Of a DNA stretch of 48,796 nt, positions 1 to 10,395 are shown one piece after another (the stretch's first letter is position 1; each line of letters opens with the position of its first letter). A program made the position numbers and the translations under genes. Origin of the DNA: Thermoproteota archaeon (lineage in GTDB: Archaea; Thermoproteota; Thermoprotei; Gearchaeales; Gearchaeaceae). The stretch is from NCBI GenBank assembly GCA_032249055.1, contig JAVVGP010000002.1:1-48796 (forward strand). Direction: 5' to 3'. The notes under the pieces were generated by a model. It did no database searches. It was not told the DNA's origin and saw nothing but the letters and a program-made list of their open reading frames with translations.

Positions 1-1
1 C

Positions 2-385
2 TTGAAGGATGAAAGAAGAAGTTATGCCAAAGCTTACACCAGTTTCTACAACAATCTTTGGTTTTATCTTTCTCATCAAGATATAAAATATTTCAGGATT
101 AGGATAGCCGCCATAACGAGATCTAGGAACTTTTGCTTGGATTTCATATATTTTTCTTATTATGTCTTTACAATTTCTAAGCTCAGAGTAATAATCCATG
201 AGTTCTTTTTTAGTTATACCTAATTTCTTGAGTTGTTTCATTAAATTGGCTTTGTAGAATTTACGCCTTAATAATTCCAGTTTTCTTGATCTTAAATATG
301 TTTCAGGGAAGTCATAATAACCTATAGTATGATATGGAAATGTAAGTTTAGATTCCCTATAGAAATTGTAAATTATAAAATACAT
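2..385 (-). CDS. class I SAM-dependent methyltransferase, N-terminal part (gene runs off the left edge)
   Basis: Not in the supplied ORF track. My translation of the minus strand from ATG at 385 stays open for 128 codons to the window edge (MYFIIYNFYRES...YPNPEIFYILMRKIKPKIVVETGVSFGITSSFILQ). VVETGVSFG resembles SAM-binding motif I of Methyltransf_24/CmcI-like enzymes. Confidence 0.45.
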   Translation of the reverse strand, partial: MYFIIYNFYRESKLTFPYHTIGYYDFPETYLRSRKLELLRRKFYKANLMKQLKKLGITKKELMDYYSELRNCKDIIRKIYEIQAKVPRSRYGGYPNPEIFYILMRKIKPKIVVETGVSFGITSSFILQ

Positions 386-423
386 TGAATTAGATTATAA
401 TTTTAGATAAAGCATTTAACATA

Positions 424-1002
424 TTAGATTATTTTTGAAATTTTTGCGGGAACTCCATAAGCCACGCTATTACTAGGAATATTCTTAGTTACGACTGAGC
501 CTGCTCCAATCAAAGAGTTTTCACCAATTGTTATTCCTGGCAAAATAGTAGCGTTAATGCCAATCTTTGCTCCTTTCTTAATTATTGGTCCTTTTATTCT
601 CTCTAAAGAAAAAACTCCTGTTGGATATTTTTCATTTGCTATCATAACTCCTGGTGCTATGAATACATCATCCTCTATTATTGTGAGCTGAGCAATATAA
701 CAATTGCAATGAATCTTTACATTATTACCTATTTTACAAGCATAATCTACTACAGTATTGCTCCAAATTTTCACGTTGTTTCCTATAATATTTTCCTCTC
801 TAATTATAACATTATGCCCAGTTTCGAAATTTTCTCCTATCTTCGAACCTAAATAAATAATAGATCCTGCTCTAATTATTGCATTGTCTCCAATTTCTAA
901 AGTTAGATCATTGATCTTTCTGCTAGGCATATAGCCAACTATTGCAGTATCATCGATTTTGCAGTTCTTTCCAAGCTTTACGAATTCCTTATTCAATATC
1001 AT
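424..1002 (-). CDS. hexapeptide-repeat (left-handed beta-helix) sugar N/O-acetyltransferase
   Basis: 192 aa with repeated [LIV]-G-x-x-x-x hexapeptides (IGDNAIIRAGSIIYLGSKIGENFETGHNVII..., IGINATILPGITIGENSLIGAGSVV). It overlaps the upstream dehydrogenase gene by 14 nt. Confidence 0.8.
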   Translation of the reverse strand: MILNKEFVKLGKNCKIDDTAIVGYMPSRKINDLTLEIGDNAIIRAGSIIYLGSKIGENFETGHNVIIREENIIGNNVKIWSNTVVDYACKIGNNVKIHCNCYIAQLTIIEDDVFIAPGVMIANEKYPTGVFSLERIKGPIIKKGAKIGINATILPGITIGENSLIGAGSVVTKNIPSNSVAYGVPAKISKII

Positions 1003-2002
1003 AACTTTTCACTTCAACCTTTCTACCTTTTTCTATAGATTCTTCAACTGCTTCTAAAATTGAAATGACTCTGATAGCTTGGGAAGCATTAGTTAAAGGC
1101 TCTTTGTTGAATCTGATGCAGTTAATGAAATGCTCAACCTGTTTCATTAAAGGTTCCTCCTTTTCTATTCTTGGCATATATAATTTACCTTTATAAATTT
1201 CGCTTTGTTTCTTTATTAACTCTTCTTGCTTAATTTTCTCGATATTGCTTTGATAAATTGCCAATGGCCATTCTTTATTCATATCATCAAACTTTATCAA
1301 ATATTTAGAAGTTGCAATATACCAGCTCCTAATTTTCTCTGCTGCATACCAGCTCGTGGTTATTGCGAATTGCATTTCAGGATATTCTAAATGAATATAA
1401 GCATAGTCATGAATATTTTTATCTTTTTGAAGAAAGGTGGTAGCGGTTGCAGTAACATAAATTGGCATGCTATTGAACAAGTAATCCAAAATGGCTATAT
1501 CATGGGTTGCAAGATCCCAAGTACAGCTTGCGTCTTGCCTTATTGGTCCTAAGCCTATTCTAAGTGCTATTCCATAGAAAACTTTTCCTAGCTTTTTATT
1601 TTTAATTAATTTGTGCAAGTATTGAATAGCAGGATGAAAACAGTATATATGACCGACCATTAGTATCGTTTTATTTTCTTTAGCGATTTTTGCTAGTTCA
1701 AATGCTTCCTTAACATTCATAGTTAAAGGTTTCTCAACAAGCAAGTGCTTACCTTGCTCCAAAAATAACTTGGCTATTTTGTAATGAGTTGAAGCAGGTG
1801 TTGCTAAGAAAGTTGCTTTAATATCTTCGTCTTTAGCTATTTCTTCATAGTCTAAAGTAGTCTTAACATTACTTGGAACACCCTTAAGAGCTTCAGGATT
1901 GCTATCGCAAACGTAACTTAATTTAATCCCTTCAATGTTCTGCAAAACTCTTAAATAATTTCTTCCCCAATAACCTAAACCTATTAGAGCTACCTTTATC
2001 AT
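989..2002 (-). CDS. Gfo/Idh/MocA family NAD(P)-dependent sugar-nucleotide oxidoreductase
   Basis: N-terminal Rossmann motif MIKVALIGLGYWGRNY and the EKP motif (LLVEKPL) typical of Gfo/Idh/MocA. It is paired with an acetyltransferase, as in WbpB/WbpD-like amino-sugar pathways. Confidence 0.8.
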   Translation of the reverse strand: MIKVALIGLGYWGRNYLRVLQNIEGIKLSYVCDSNPEALKGVPSNVKTTLDYEEIAKDEDIKATFLATPASTHYKIAKLFLEQGKHLLVEKPLTMNVKEAFELAKIAKENKTILMVGHIYCFHPAIQYLHKLIKNKKLGKVFYGIALRIGLGPIRQDASCTWDLATHDIAILDYLFNSMPIYVTATATTFLQKDKNIHDYAYIHLEYPEMQFAITTSWYAAEKIRSWYIATSKYLIKFDDMNKEWPLAIYQSNIEKIKQEELIKKQSEIYKGKLYMPRIEKEEPLMKQVEHFINCIRFNKEPLTNASQAIRVISILEAVEESIEKGRKVEVKSYDIE

Positions 2003-3630
2003 TTCTCAAATATCTCCTCAACAAGAATCTTTGAAATTTTATTTAGATTGTAGAAATTTTTTATACTTTCTATGGCTTTTAATGATAAATCTTTATAATA
2101 GTTTTCATCCTGAAGCAATCTTTTTATAGCTTGTTTCATCTCTTCAAAATTGCTTACTTTTATCACCCAAGGAAGATCATCCCCTTCTCTCCCCTTCTTT
2201 ATTAATCTTATGCAGGGTAATCCAAGTACTGCGTAATCGAATTCCTTTCCTCCACCTCCTATTGCTTTAAGATTTAGACCTATTTTACATTGAGATATGT
2301 AATGCTTTAATTGACTGTGAGGAACAGCTTCTATAATTTTAACAGAATCATGTAAACCTTCTTTTTCGATAATTCTTTGTAGTTTTATCTTTTGTTCTCT
2401 ATTCACTCCTATCCAAAGCATAGATATTTTATAGTCAAGTTCTTTTTGCAAAATTTTGATTAAAGCAAAAATATTATTTAAATTAGATATAAATCCGCCA
2501 GCATAACATAAATCGTAATTGTAATATCTTTCATTTAATTCAAACATCCATTCCAAAAATGCTCCGTTTGGTAAATAAACTGCTTTATTTTTATCTATTC
2601 GATATTCGTGCTTTAAATATTCTGCTGCATAAAATACTTTCTTTGCTTTATTAATAAAAATGGTAAGGAGAAGTTTATTTAAAGTTAACGAGCGTGTGAA
2701 AAAATCCAGATACGGATCCCTTACATCATTGAAGTTCGGTATTCTTCTTAGTTTACTTATAACATAGCCTAAAGCAAAATCAATTATATCGCCAGATATA
2801 ATTGCATCGTATTTTGTACTAAAAAGCAGATGGAAGGGTCTACGAGAGCTTATTGAATATTTTGCAACTGAAATCTTTTGATACTTTGCTAATGCAAATG
2901 CCATTTTTTCGTATCTGCTTGGGATTGTTGAGTTGGGTAATTGGTTAATCAATAAGATTGTTTTATCTGTTTTTATGGCATATTTCTCTAATTCATTTAT
3001 CTCATTAAAATCGAACAGATTATCCTTTATTGTCTCATAAATATTTTTAAAATCAGATAAATCGTTTTCGCTTTTAATAAAACAAGCAAGAGGAATAACT
3101 ATTCTTTCCTTTATATTTTTCATTTTTTCAATAAATTCGTTAACTTTTTCTGGCCTCCCAAAGCTTCCTTTAAAGTATCTAATTAGTATGTTATTTGGAG
3201 TAATTAAGGGTGTCAAAGGAAATTTTTTACATTTATCTTCGAATGATATTTTAATAAGTTTATCCTTTAATTGAGAGCTATTTAATGTTAAATATTTATT
3301 TCTTAAAAAATCATTAGCATTAATATTGAATTTTATTACTCTTTTATTTATTTCAATGTTTTTAAATTTATCTGAAATTAATAGGGTTAATATAAATTTC
3401 GGCGTTTCATTGCTACTTAATCCATATTCTTCTTTTACAATATTCCTAACTCCAGTAATCATGAAAATAATATCTTCAGCATTCAAACCAATAATATTTC
3501 TTTTAATTTTTTTCAAACTATTTTCTAAGTACAGCGGATTATAAAATATAGGATCAAATGTAAAGTATTCGACCTTATCGACCAAATCTTTCAGATGAAT
3601 TAATAATGAAAGTTTAAGATAATCTATCAT
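1999..3630 (-). CDS. hypothetical protein; divergent GT-B-like C-terminal half with an unassigned ~200-aa N-terminal extension
   Basis: 543-aa ORF translationally coupled on both sides (4-nt overlaps). The C-terminal part has a GT-B-like layout (NKAVYLPNG ... CYAGGF ... MLWIGVN ... DSVKIIEAVPHSQLKHYISQCKIGL ... LGLPCI). The N-terminal region matches nothing I recognise. Confidence 0.4.
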   Translation of the reverse strand: MIDYLKLSLLIHLKDLVDKVEYFTFDPIFYNPLYLENSLKKIKRNIIGLNAEDIIFMITGVRNIVKEEYGLSSNETPKFILTLLISDKFKNIEINKRVIKFNINANDFLRNKYLTLNSSQLKDKLIKISFEDKCKKFPLTPLITPNNILIRYFKGSFGRPEKVNEFIEKMKNIKERIVIPLACFIKSENDLSDFKNIYETIKDNLFDFNEINELEKYAIKTDKTILLINQLPNSTIPSRYEKMAFALAKYQKISVAKYSISSRRPFHLLFSTKYDAIISGDIIDFALGYVISKLRRIPNFNDVRDPYLDFFTRSLTLNKLLLTIFINKAKKVFYAAEYLKHEYRIDKNKAVYLPNGAFLEWMFELNERYYNYDLCYAGGFISNLNNIFALIKILQKELDYKISMLWIGVNREQKIKLQRIIEKEGLHDSVKIIEAVPHSQLKHYISQCKIGLNLKAIGGGGKEFDYAVLGLPCIRLIKKGREGDDLPWVIKVSNFEEMKQAIKRLLQDENYYKDLSLKAIESIKNFYNLNKISKILVEEIFEK

Positions 3631-4766
3631 AGTAAATAACTATTGTACTTCTCAGCGATTTGAGTCCAATCGAAAATTTTTGCTCTTTCTTTTGCTAACT
3701 TAGAGTATTTCTTACGTAACTCAATATCGGAAATTAATAGCTCTAAAGCATTTTTTAATTCTTCTGAACTAGCCCTAATTAGTATACCAGCGTTATTTAA
3801 TGCCTCTGGAGTCCCCCCTCTTCTTGTAGCAATAATAGCTTTACCTGCAGCCATTGCTTCTAAAATTGCAAGACTAAAACCTTCATAAAGCGATGGATGA
3901 ACAAATATGTCTGCTTCAAATAAAATGCTTTTTAATAATTCTCTTTCTCTTGAAGAAATGAATGGCAAATTCACTATTTTGTTTTCAATGTTTAAAGACT
4001 TTGATAAATTAATAAATTCTTCTCTACTTTTTAAATCCCCGCCGCCAACAATTATTAAAATCCAATCCTTTTCTTTAATTTCAGACAATGCCTTTAGTAA
4101 AATATGAATCCCCTTTCTTCTTGAAAATCCACCGACGAACAATATTATGTTTGAAACTCCTAGCTTATCTTTTAAACCAATTTTTATAATATTACTAAAT
4201 TCGTATTCCTTTATATCTATTCCATTATGAATCGTCACTATTTTATGAGATGGAAGATTATAATAACATATCAATTCTTTTTTTAAGAACTCAGAAGCTG
4301 TTATTATGATTTTACTTTTTTCAAATGTATCCTTTTCAAATCGAGAATTGACCAAATTAATTAAGCTCAAATAATTTCTCGATAAATTAAAAAGGCCTAT
4401 TTCAGTGCCTTGACAAGTTATTGCTAACTTATCTTTTTCTTTTATCATATGAACTATAGGGGAAATATGAACATGCTGAACGTCTATCAAATCCGGGTTA
4501 ATTTTATACTTTATTTCTTCAAATTTTTTATATGCTAGCAAGTTAAAGATTGAAACCTGTGGTAAAGGAACAGGGGGTATTTTAAAAATATGTTTTGGAA
4601 TTTGAACATGATAAGCGTTGACTTGATCGCTTACATATTCTCCTTCCTTTGTTATTACGTGTACTTCATGACCTCTTTTTGCAAGTTCACGAGATAAATA
4701 ATAAACTCTATTACCTACACCTGAATGCTGATTTGCGACATAAGATATGAAAAGAATTCTAGACAT
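3627..4766 (-). CDS. GT4-family (GT-B) glycosyltransferase
   Basis: 379 aa. N-terminal domain has SGVGNRVYYLSRELAKRGHEVHVIT. C-terminal domain has an EX7E-type motif, EGFSLAILEAMAAGKAIIATRRGG. Confidence 0.85.
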   Translation of the reverse strand: MSRILFISYVANQHSGVGNRVYYLSRELAKRGHEVHVITKEGEYVSDQVNAYHVQIPKHIFKIPPVPLPQVSIFNLLAYKKFEEIKYKINPDLIDVQHVHISPIVHMIKEKDKLAITCQGTEIGLFNLSRNYLSLINLVNSRFEKDTFEKSKIIITASEFLKKELICYYNLPSHKIVTIHNGIDIKEYEFSNIIKIGLKDKLGVSNIILFVGGFSRRKGIHILLKALSEIKEKDWILIIVGGGDLKSREEFINLSKSLNIENKIVNLPFISSRERELLKSILFEADIFVHPSLYEGFSLAILEAMAAGKAIIATRRGGTPEALNNAGILIRASSEELKNALELLISDIELRKKYSKLAKERAKIFDWTQIAEKYNSYLL

Positions 4767-5032
4767 TATTTTGTAAAAAGAACATTTAATCTAAATATTT
4801 TTCTAAATTTTCTCATGTAAAAATATAGATCTTGGTAATTTTAATAAGTTTACTTGTAATAAACTATAACTAATTCCAGGATATTTTAGTACATAGTATC
4901 TTATAAACTTATTATGTTTAATCTTTATTTAATCTTTTAAGATATTTGATAATGTTGGTGGAAAAGTAATACTACACGTTAGGTTTCAAGACACATTTGA
5001 GACATCAGTCATAATTAATTAATAAATTAGAT

Positions 5033-6088
5033 TCATTTATTTTCAATTAAATATTTATATAATTTTAATAATTTTGAAGAAACATATTTTGGTGAATACT
5101 TATCGTTAATATATTTAATTGCATTTTTACTCATATTTTTTAATTTATTTTTATCTTGTAATAATTCAATTACTTTCTCTGCAAAATTCTTCGCATTGTA
5201 TTCTTTTACAGAATAACCATTGAATCCATCAATAACATAGTCTTCTAACAGAGGATGATACGTTGATATGACAGGAACACCTGCAGAAAATGCTTCGAGT
5301 AAGCTTAAGCATGAAGGACTATTAAATTTGAAAGGAGCTAAAAATAAATCTGCATAAGGTAAATATTTTTTCTTTAAAACATCGTTTTCAATTGCTCCTA
5401 TAAAAATTACATTAACATATTTTTTAGGCGGAGAAAATTGGGATATAAAAATAAGCTTTGATTTAGGTATTTCTTTATTTATAATTTCAAATGCTTTTAA
5501 TGCAATATCTCCTCCCTTAAATTTGAAGTTGTAACCTACAAACAAAATAGTAGGTTCTTCATCATCAACTTCCTTAATTCGCTCTATAATAGGAATTGGA
5601 GGCGGTACATAATTTATTTTACTCTCATCAAAGCCTAATTTTCTTATTATACGCACATTTGAAGGTTGCCATGTAACAAGTATTCTATTTTTAGTTTTAA
5701 AGAATTTTTCAAAATAATGATATACATGCATTAATTTAAATAATGAAATGCCACCGTAATAATAAAAGAATTCAATGGGTGAAATATCTATTTCATATAA
5801 AGTGGGTTTGTTGTACTTTATTAATGAACCAATACAATGAACTATATCGATATTATTTAAAATCTTACAATAACTCCCATAGCCTGTTAAAAATAGTAAA
5901 GAATAACCAGAATAAATTAAGTCTACACTTCTTCTCACGAAGCCATATAAATTGTATAAGTCCACTTTAATAATTCTCGTATTTAGTTCATAAATTACCT
6001 CAGGAGGATTAAAAAGGAAACGTAATTTCCTCACTGTAGCAAGACCACGCTTCCAGTTTAAAGGAGGGCCATCTAAATAAACTCTCAT
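5033..6088 (-). CDS. GT-B glycosyltransferase (Glycos_transf_1-like C-terminal domain)
   Basis: 351 aa with TILFVGYNFKFKGGDIALKAF ... LSLLEAFSAGVPVISTYHPLLEDYVIDGFNGY. 4-nt overlap with the upstream GT2 gene. Confidence 0.7.
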   Translation of the reverse strand: MRVYLDGPPLNWKRGLATVRKLRFLFNPPEVIYELNTRIIKVDLYNLYGFVRRSVDLIYSGYSLLFLTGYGSYCKILNNIDIVHCIGSLIKYNKPTLYEIDISPIEFFYYYGGISLFKLMHVYHYFEKFFKTKNRILVTWQPSNVRIIRKLGFDESKINYVPPPIPIIERIKEVDDEEPTILFVGYNFKFKGGDIALKAFEIINKEIPKSKLIFISQFSPPKKYVNVIFIGAIENDVLKKKYLPYADLFLAPFKFNSPSCLSLLEAFSAGVPVISTYHPLLEDYVIDGFNGYSVKEYNAKNFAEKVIELLQDKNKLKNMSKNAIKYINDKYSPKYVSSKLLKLYKYLIENK

Positions 6089-7199
6089 TTTGTTACAATA
6101 AATTTTCTTGTACTTCTCATGATATCATCATCCGTTATCATCATCTTCTCATAATCTAATATCATTAATCGACCCAATATATTTTTAGAAGGGCTAAACA
6201 AAAATTTTTTAGAATTATTTAATTTTATTGATAAAGGTATGTAATTACTATAATCATTTATTGTTGATAATTTTTTTATCGAATATTTTAAATAAGTCAT
6301 CGTTAGAGATGGGTAGTATGCACATGCAAAATTGTAATTATTTTTGTGCAATAAATATCTTGGAAAATGAATTATTTCAATAATTGGTTGATATAAGATC
6401 AATTCTAAAAATTTTAATTCATATATTTTTGGTAACAATTTTCTATACACGGATAATAGTAAGGCAGAATTTTTGGCATAAGAATGACTAAGCATTCTAT
6501 TTAAAAATAAATTTCTCTTTGAAGCAACTTTTATACTTGTTCTAAGCTCATGTGAGCAAACAACAGCAGGATATAATTTCACATAATATCCTCGACTCCA
6601 TATTCTAAAGCAAAGTTCAACATCTTCTACAAAAGTAAAAAATTCTTTTGGAAACAATGTATCATTAATTGATTTCCTTCTAACTAGAAGAAAAGATGCA
6701 GGAATATAAGAATAATAAGATTCTTTAACTTCATCAATATTTATTTTATCTTTTGGAACTATCCAATTACCATAGATATCGCATAATTCCCCAAGACCTG
6801 TAACATTTCTTTTTTTGTAATCAACTTGAACACCGCCTAAGGCTCCAATTTTATTATCACTTATACCAACTTTAATTAATTCATTCAAAGAATCCTGTTC
6901 TGGTATTGCATCAGAATTTAAAAGAAGAACAAAATCTGATTTGGATCTTTTATAAGCAATATTGTTGGCATTGGCAAATCCTACGTTTTGTTTTAAATTA
7001 ATTATTTTTAAGTCTTTCTCATAATCTTCTAAAATTTCTCTTGTTTTATCAGTAGAACCATTGTTTACTACGATAACTTCATAGTTGTTATATTTCAAAT
7101 TTAAAGCTGAATCTAACATTGTTTGAATATATTTTTCATTCCTTCAGCATTATATGCTACTATTATTACTGTAACTTTAGGTTGATTCATTTTACTCAT
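6085..7199 (-). pseudogene. GT2-family glycosyltransferase interrupted by a -1 frameshift near its 5' end
   Basis: The main ORF 6085..7119 begins MLDSALNLKYNNYEVIVVNNGSTD and so lacks the first beta-strand/YN motif of GT2 enzymes. That motif (MSKMNQPKVTVIIVAYNAEGMKNIFKQC*) is encoded by a short ORF 7113..7199 in the +1-offset frame. The two frames overlap across an A5 run (T5 on plus strand, 7132..7136). Confidence 0.6.
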
Positions 7200-7245
7200 C
7201 GAATAATAGCAATCTATTATTACAGAGTATTATATCAATAGAGCT

Positions 7246-7527
7246 TTATTTTTGCAACATTATAACATTATCAGAGTTTAATAAGATATTTGCTTCCTTT
7301 CCTTTAATTTTATAAATAAAATTATTAATGATGTGTTTATCATAATATGCAGCGTTCCTTTCTATACTATATTTGCTAAAAATAAAAATAACATCATAGG
7401 TCTCATCTAATTTTATCATGTATAATGGTTTACTGTTACGAATTTCATTTTTAAGAAATAAATATAATATGTATTTAAGACTTTTATAATTAATTAGGTT
7501 TGAGACTTTTATGATTACTTTTTTCAT
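7246..7527 (-). CDS. hypothetical small protein (93 aa)
   Basis: ORF in the same orientation as all neighbours, with no recognisable motif. It could be spurious. Confidence 0.3.
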   Translation of the reverse strand: MKKVIIKVSNLINYKSLKYILYLFLKNEIRNSKPLYMIKLDETYDVIFIFSKYSIERNAAYYDKHIINNFIYKIKGKEANILLNSDNVIMLQK

Positions 7528-7708
7528 ATTATGATTTTATTAAATATATTCATAATAGTTCTAATGGAAAGATAACTATGCGCAATTCATGGGCATGTTG
7601 ATTTTATAAAACATAATAAATAAATATTTTCATCTGGTATTCCATATTTACCTGAACAATTTTTACGCAAGACAATGTTAACTTAGGGCTGATCATAATC
7701 ATTATTCG

Positions 7709-8413
7709 CTATATTTTTCTTAGCATGAAAGCTAAATTATGTGAAAGTGAAGCTTTTGATAAAGAAATTAGCTTGCCTAACAAAGAATAGTTAATTCCTA
7801 CAATCTTTTCAATCATTAAGCCATGTTTTTCGAAGAAGTACTTCCATTCGGATAAATTGCCCAATTTAACATGTTTTAAATCAATCCTTGGATCTTTGTT
7901 ATATTTTGTAGAAACTCCAGGATGAGTCCATGGAAATTTTCCCATCAAAAATAGCAATCTATTAATTGCAGAGTGCATGTTAGGAGTTGTTATGATTATT
8001 CTTCCATTGGGTTTAAGTATTCTTTTCAATTCTTCAATAAAGAAATCTGTATCAAATACATGCTCTATGATTTCTGAAGCTATTATCACATCATATCTTT
8101 CATTTTCTACAGGACAAGATTCTTCTCCAGCTTTCCACTTATATACCTTTGTTAATCTTTTGCTTGCTTTTTCTAAAGCCTTTTCTGATACATCGAAGCC
8201 TTCTACAATTTTTGCGCCATGCTTAAAATATTCTTGAGAGATTATTCCAGTGAAACAGCCTATATCTGCTACAATTTCCTTGTTTTTAATACTTTTAAAA
8301 ATTTCCATTAAGATTCTTATTCTTGGTAATTGATGCTTGTAATACCATTCTTCAGCTGAAGATATTTCATCAAAGGCTTCTTTATTCATTTCACTTGGAT
8401 TAACAGTTTTCAT
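7709..8413 (-). CDS. class I SAM-dependent methyltransferase
   Basis: Motif I VADIGCFTGIIS, followed by VIIASEIIEHV and LKPNGRIIITTPN (Methyltransf_11/23-like). 4-nt overlap with the upstream GT4 gene. Confidence 0.8.
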   Translation of the reverse strand: MKTVNPSEMNKEAFDEISSAEEWYYKHQLPRIRILMEIFKSIKNKEIVADIGCFTGIISQEYFKHGAKIVEGFDVSEKALEKASKRLTKVYKWKAGEESCPVENERYDVIIASEIIEHVFDTDFFIEELKRILKPNGRIIITTPNMHSAINRLLFLMGKFPWTHPGVSTKYNKDPRIDLKHVKLGNLSEWKYFFEKHGLMIEKIVGINYSLLGKLISLSKASLSHNLAFMLRKI

Positions 8414-9537
8414 TTTAAAACAGCTTCTAGATATTTTTGAATGTAATTCTCAGGATCAAAAACTCTTCTTGCATATTCCTTTGCTTTCTTGCCCAGCATT
8501 TCAATTTTATTTCTATCGCTCATAAGCTTATGGATGGCTTCAGCCAAAGCATACGGATCATTTGGAGGAATAAGCATACCGAGATCCTTAACAACTTCGG
8601 TAAGTCCACCAGTATTACTTGCTATGACCGATTTGCCTAAATACATTGCTTCGATAGCTGTTTGGCCAAACATTTCTTCATATGTAGAAGGAACGACTAC
8701 TATTGAACTTCTAGTTATTAGTTTAACTAACTCTTCAGTGGTTTGAGGACCAACATAAACTACTTGATTTTCTAGTCTATAAAATTTTATTAGATTACTA
8801 GGGTAATCTTTATTAGGTGAAGGCCCGCAAATAATTGCTCGGTAAATGATACCTTTATCTTTGAGAATACTTAAAGCCTTTATCAGCACATCTTCTCCTT
8901 TCCCTGCCATCATTCTTCCGTATAGTAAAATGTAATTGTCATCATTATTTGAATTGTTTAAAGGAATTTGATTTAAATTATCAAATAAAACAGGATTATA
9001 AATTATATGCCAATTTAACCTTCTTATAAATTCTCTAAATCTCGTTAACATGTAATAAGTTGTAACTATATGTGTTATTTTTTTATCAATTTTCGCAATC
9101 ATTCTACTAATATGAAAGCTTAACCAAAGAAGTATTCCAACCAAACTTCTTCTTAAATATGGTTCTAAAGTTTTAAAGAATCCTTTATAAATAGATGTTC
9201 CTCCTCCAACACTACATAAATCATAAGTATGGTGATACCAAACGATTCTTTTCTTAAGCAATTTAGCAAACAAATATACAAAAATATTAAATCCTTGCAT
9301 ATGAATTATATCATGATAAAATATAAGGAAACTTAATAATGCTATTGATGGTCTTCTTACAACTGTTATTTTTGGTTTTATTTCAATTACTTTATTTCCT
9401 GTTTGAGTTACAATGGTGACGGCATATCCTTTATTTATTAATAATTTCGCTAAATTATCAGTATGTCTTTCTACACCCCCTATGCTAGGGTAGTAAAAAT
9501 GTGAATAAATTAGAAATCTTAGATTCTTATTAAGCAT
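8410..9537 (-). CDS. GT4-family glycosyltransferase
   Basis: YYPSIGGVERHTDNLAKLLINKGYAVTIV at the N-terminus. EX7E-type EEMFGQTAIEAMYLGKSVIASNTGG in the C-terminal domain. Confidence 0.85.
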   Translation of the reverse strand: MLNKNLRFLIYSHFYYPSIGGVERHTDNLAKLLINKGYAVTIVTQTGNKVIEIKPKITVVRRPSIALLSFLIFYHDIIHMQGFNIFVYLFAKLLKKRIVWYHHTYDLCSVGGGTSIYKGFFKTLEPYLRRSLVGILLWLSFHISRMIAKIDKKITHIVTTYYMLTRFREFIRRLNWHIIYNPVLFDNLNQIPLNNSNNDDNYILLYGRMMAGKGEDVLIKALSILKDKGIIYRAIICGPSPNKDYPSNLIKFYRLENQVVYVGPQTTEELVKLITRSSIVVVPSTYEEMFGQTAIEAMYLGKSVIASNTGGLTEVVKDLGMLIPPNDPYALAEAIHKLMSDRNKIEMLGKKAKEYARRVFDPENYIQKYLEAVLK

Positions 9538-9666
9538 GATTGATTATTATTAAGCTTTTCGAATAAAATGGTAATATTTTAACGGGCAATTTATTATATT
9601 TGATATTCAAACATTATAATGCTCACGTCCTTGTAAGTTCGAAAGGCTATATATGCGATACACATG

Positions 9667-10395
9667 TTACACTTTCTTAGCTAATATAGCGAATCCATTT
9701 GAAAGTGAAGGTGAGAATGAAAGAACATTATTCATTATATTATAAAGTTTATTTATATATTTATTAGTAAGTTGTAAAGAATGCTTAATTGATGCCTGCT
9801 TAACTGGTATGAAATTATATAACTTCAAATGTTCCAAGAGAGCATGATATGTATATAATTTTATATGCCCACTAGCAATGTACTTCCTTGGTGATAATCC
9901 TATTACTGAATCACCCAATCTATATTCCCATGAAATTTCATACTGAATAGGAACTAAACCTAGCAATAAAAGAATTCTATTAAGCCAAGAAGCTAAATTT
10001 GGCGTAGAAATTAAAAAATATCCTCCTTTTTTTATTACTCTACTTGCTTCAGATAATAAATTATCTGGATTTGCTAAATGTTCAATAACTTCACAAGCTA
10101 TTCCTAAATCAAAATATTCATCAGGATATGGTATTTTATCATTGTTAAGATCTAATATTAACAATTCAATTATTTTAGGAATCTTTGACTTAACTTCTTC
10201 ATTAATATCTATTCCTACATAAATTGATGGTTTGAATAAATTAATTACTTTTTCAGCAAAATTTCCATAACCAATACCAAATTCGATAATCTTTTCAATT
10301 TTAATTTTCGTTAATTTTCTAAGTAAATTAAAGTTAACTTCATGAATTTCTTGTGATGAACCAGTTCTAGGTAAATATAACTTAAGATTGTTCAT
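9667..10395 (-). CDS. class I SAM-dependent methyltransferase
   Basis: IIEFGIGYGNFAEK (motif I), LGIACEVIEHLANP and IKKGGYFLISTPN. 14-nt overlap with the upstream GT4 gene. Confidence 0.75.
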   Translation of the reverse strand: MNNLKLYLPRTGSSQEIHEVNFNLLRKLTKIKIEKIIEFGIGYGNFAEKVINLFKPSIYVGIDINEEVKSKIPKIIELLILDLNNDKIPYPDEYFDLGIACEVIEHLANPDNLLSEASRVIKKGGYFLISTPNLASWLNRILLLLGLVPIQYEISWEYRLGDSVIGLSPRKYIASGHIKLYTYHALLEHLKLYNFIPVKQASIKHSLQLTNKYINKLYNIMNNVLSFSPSLSNGFAILAKKV

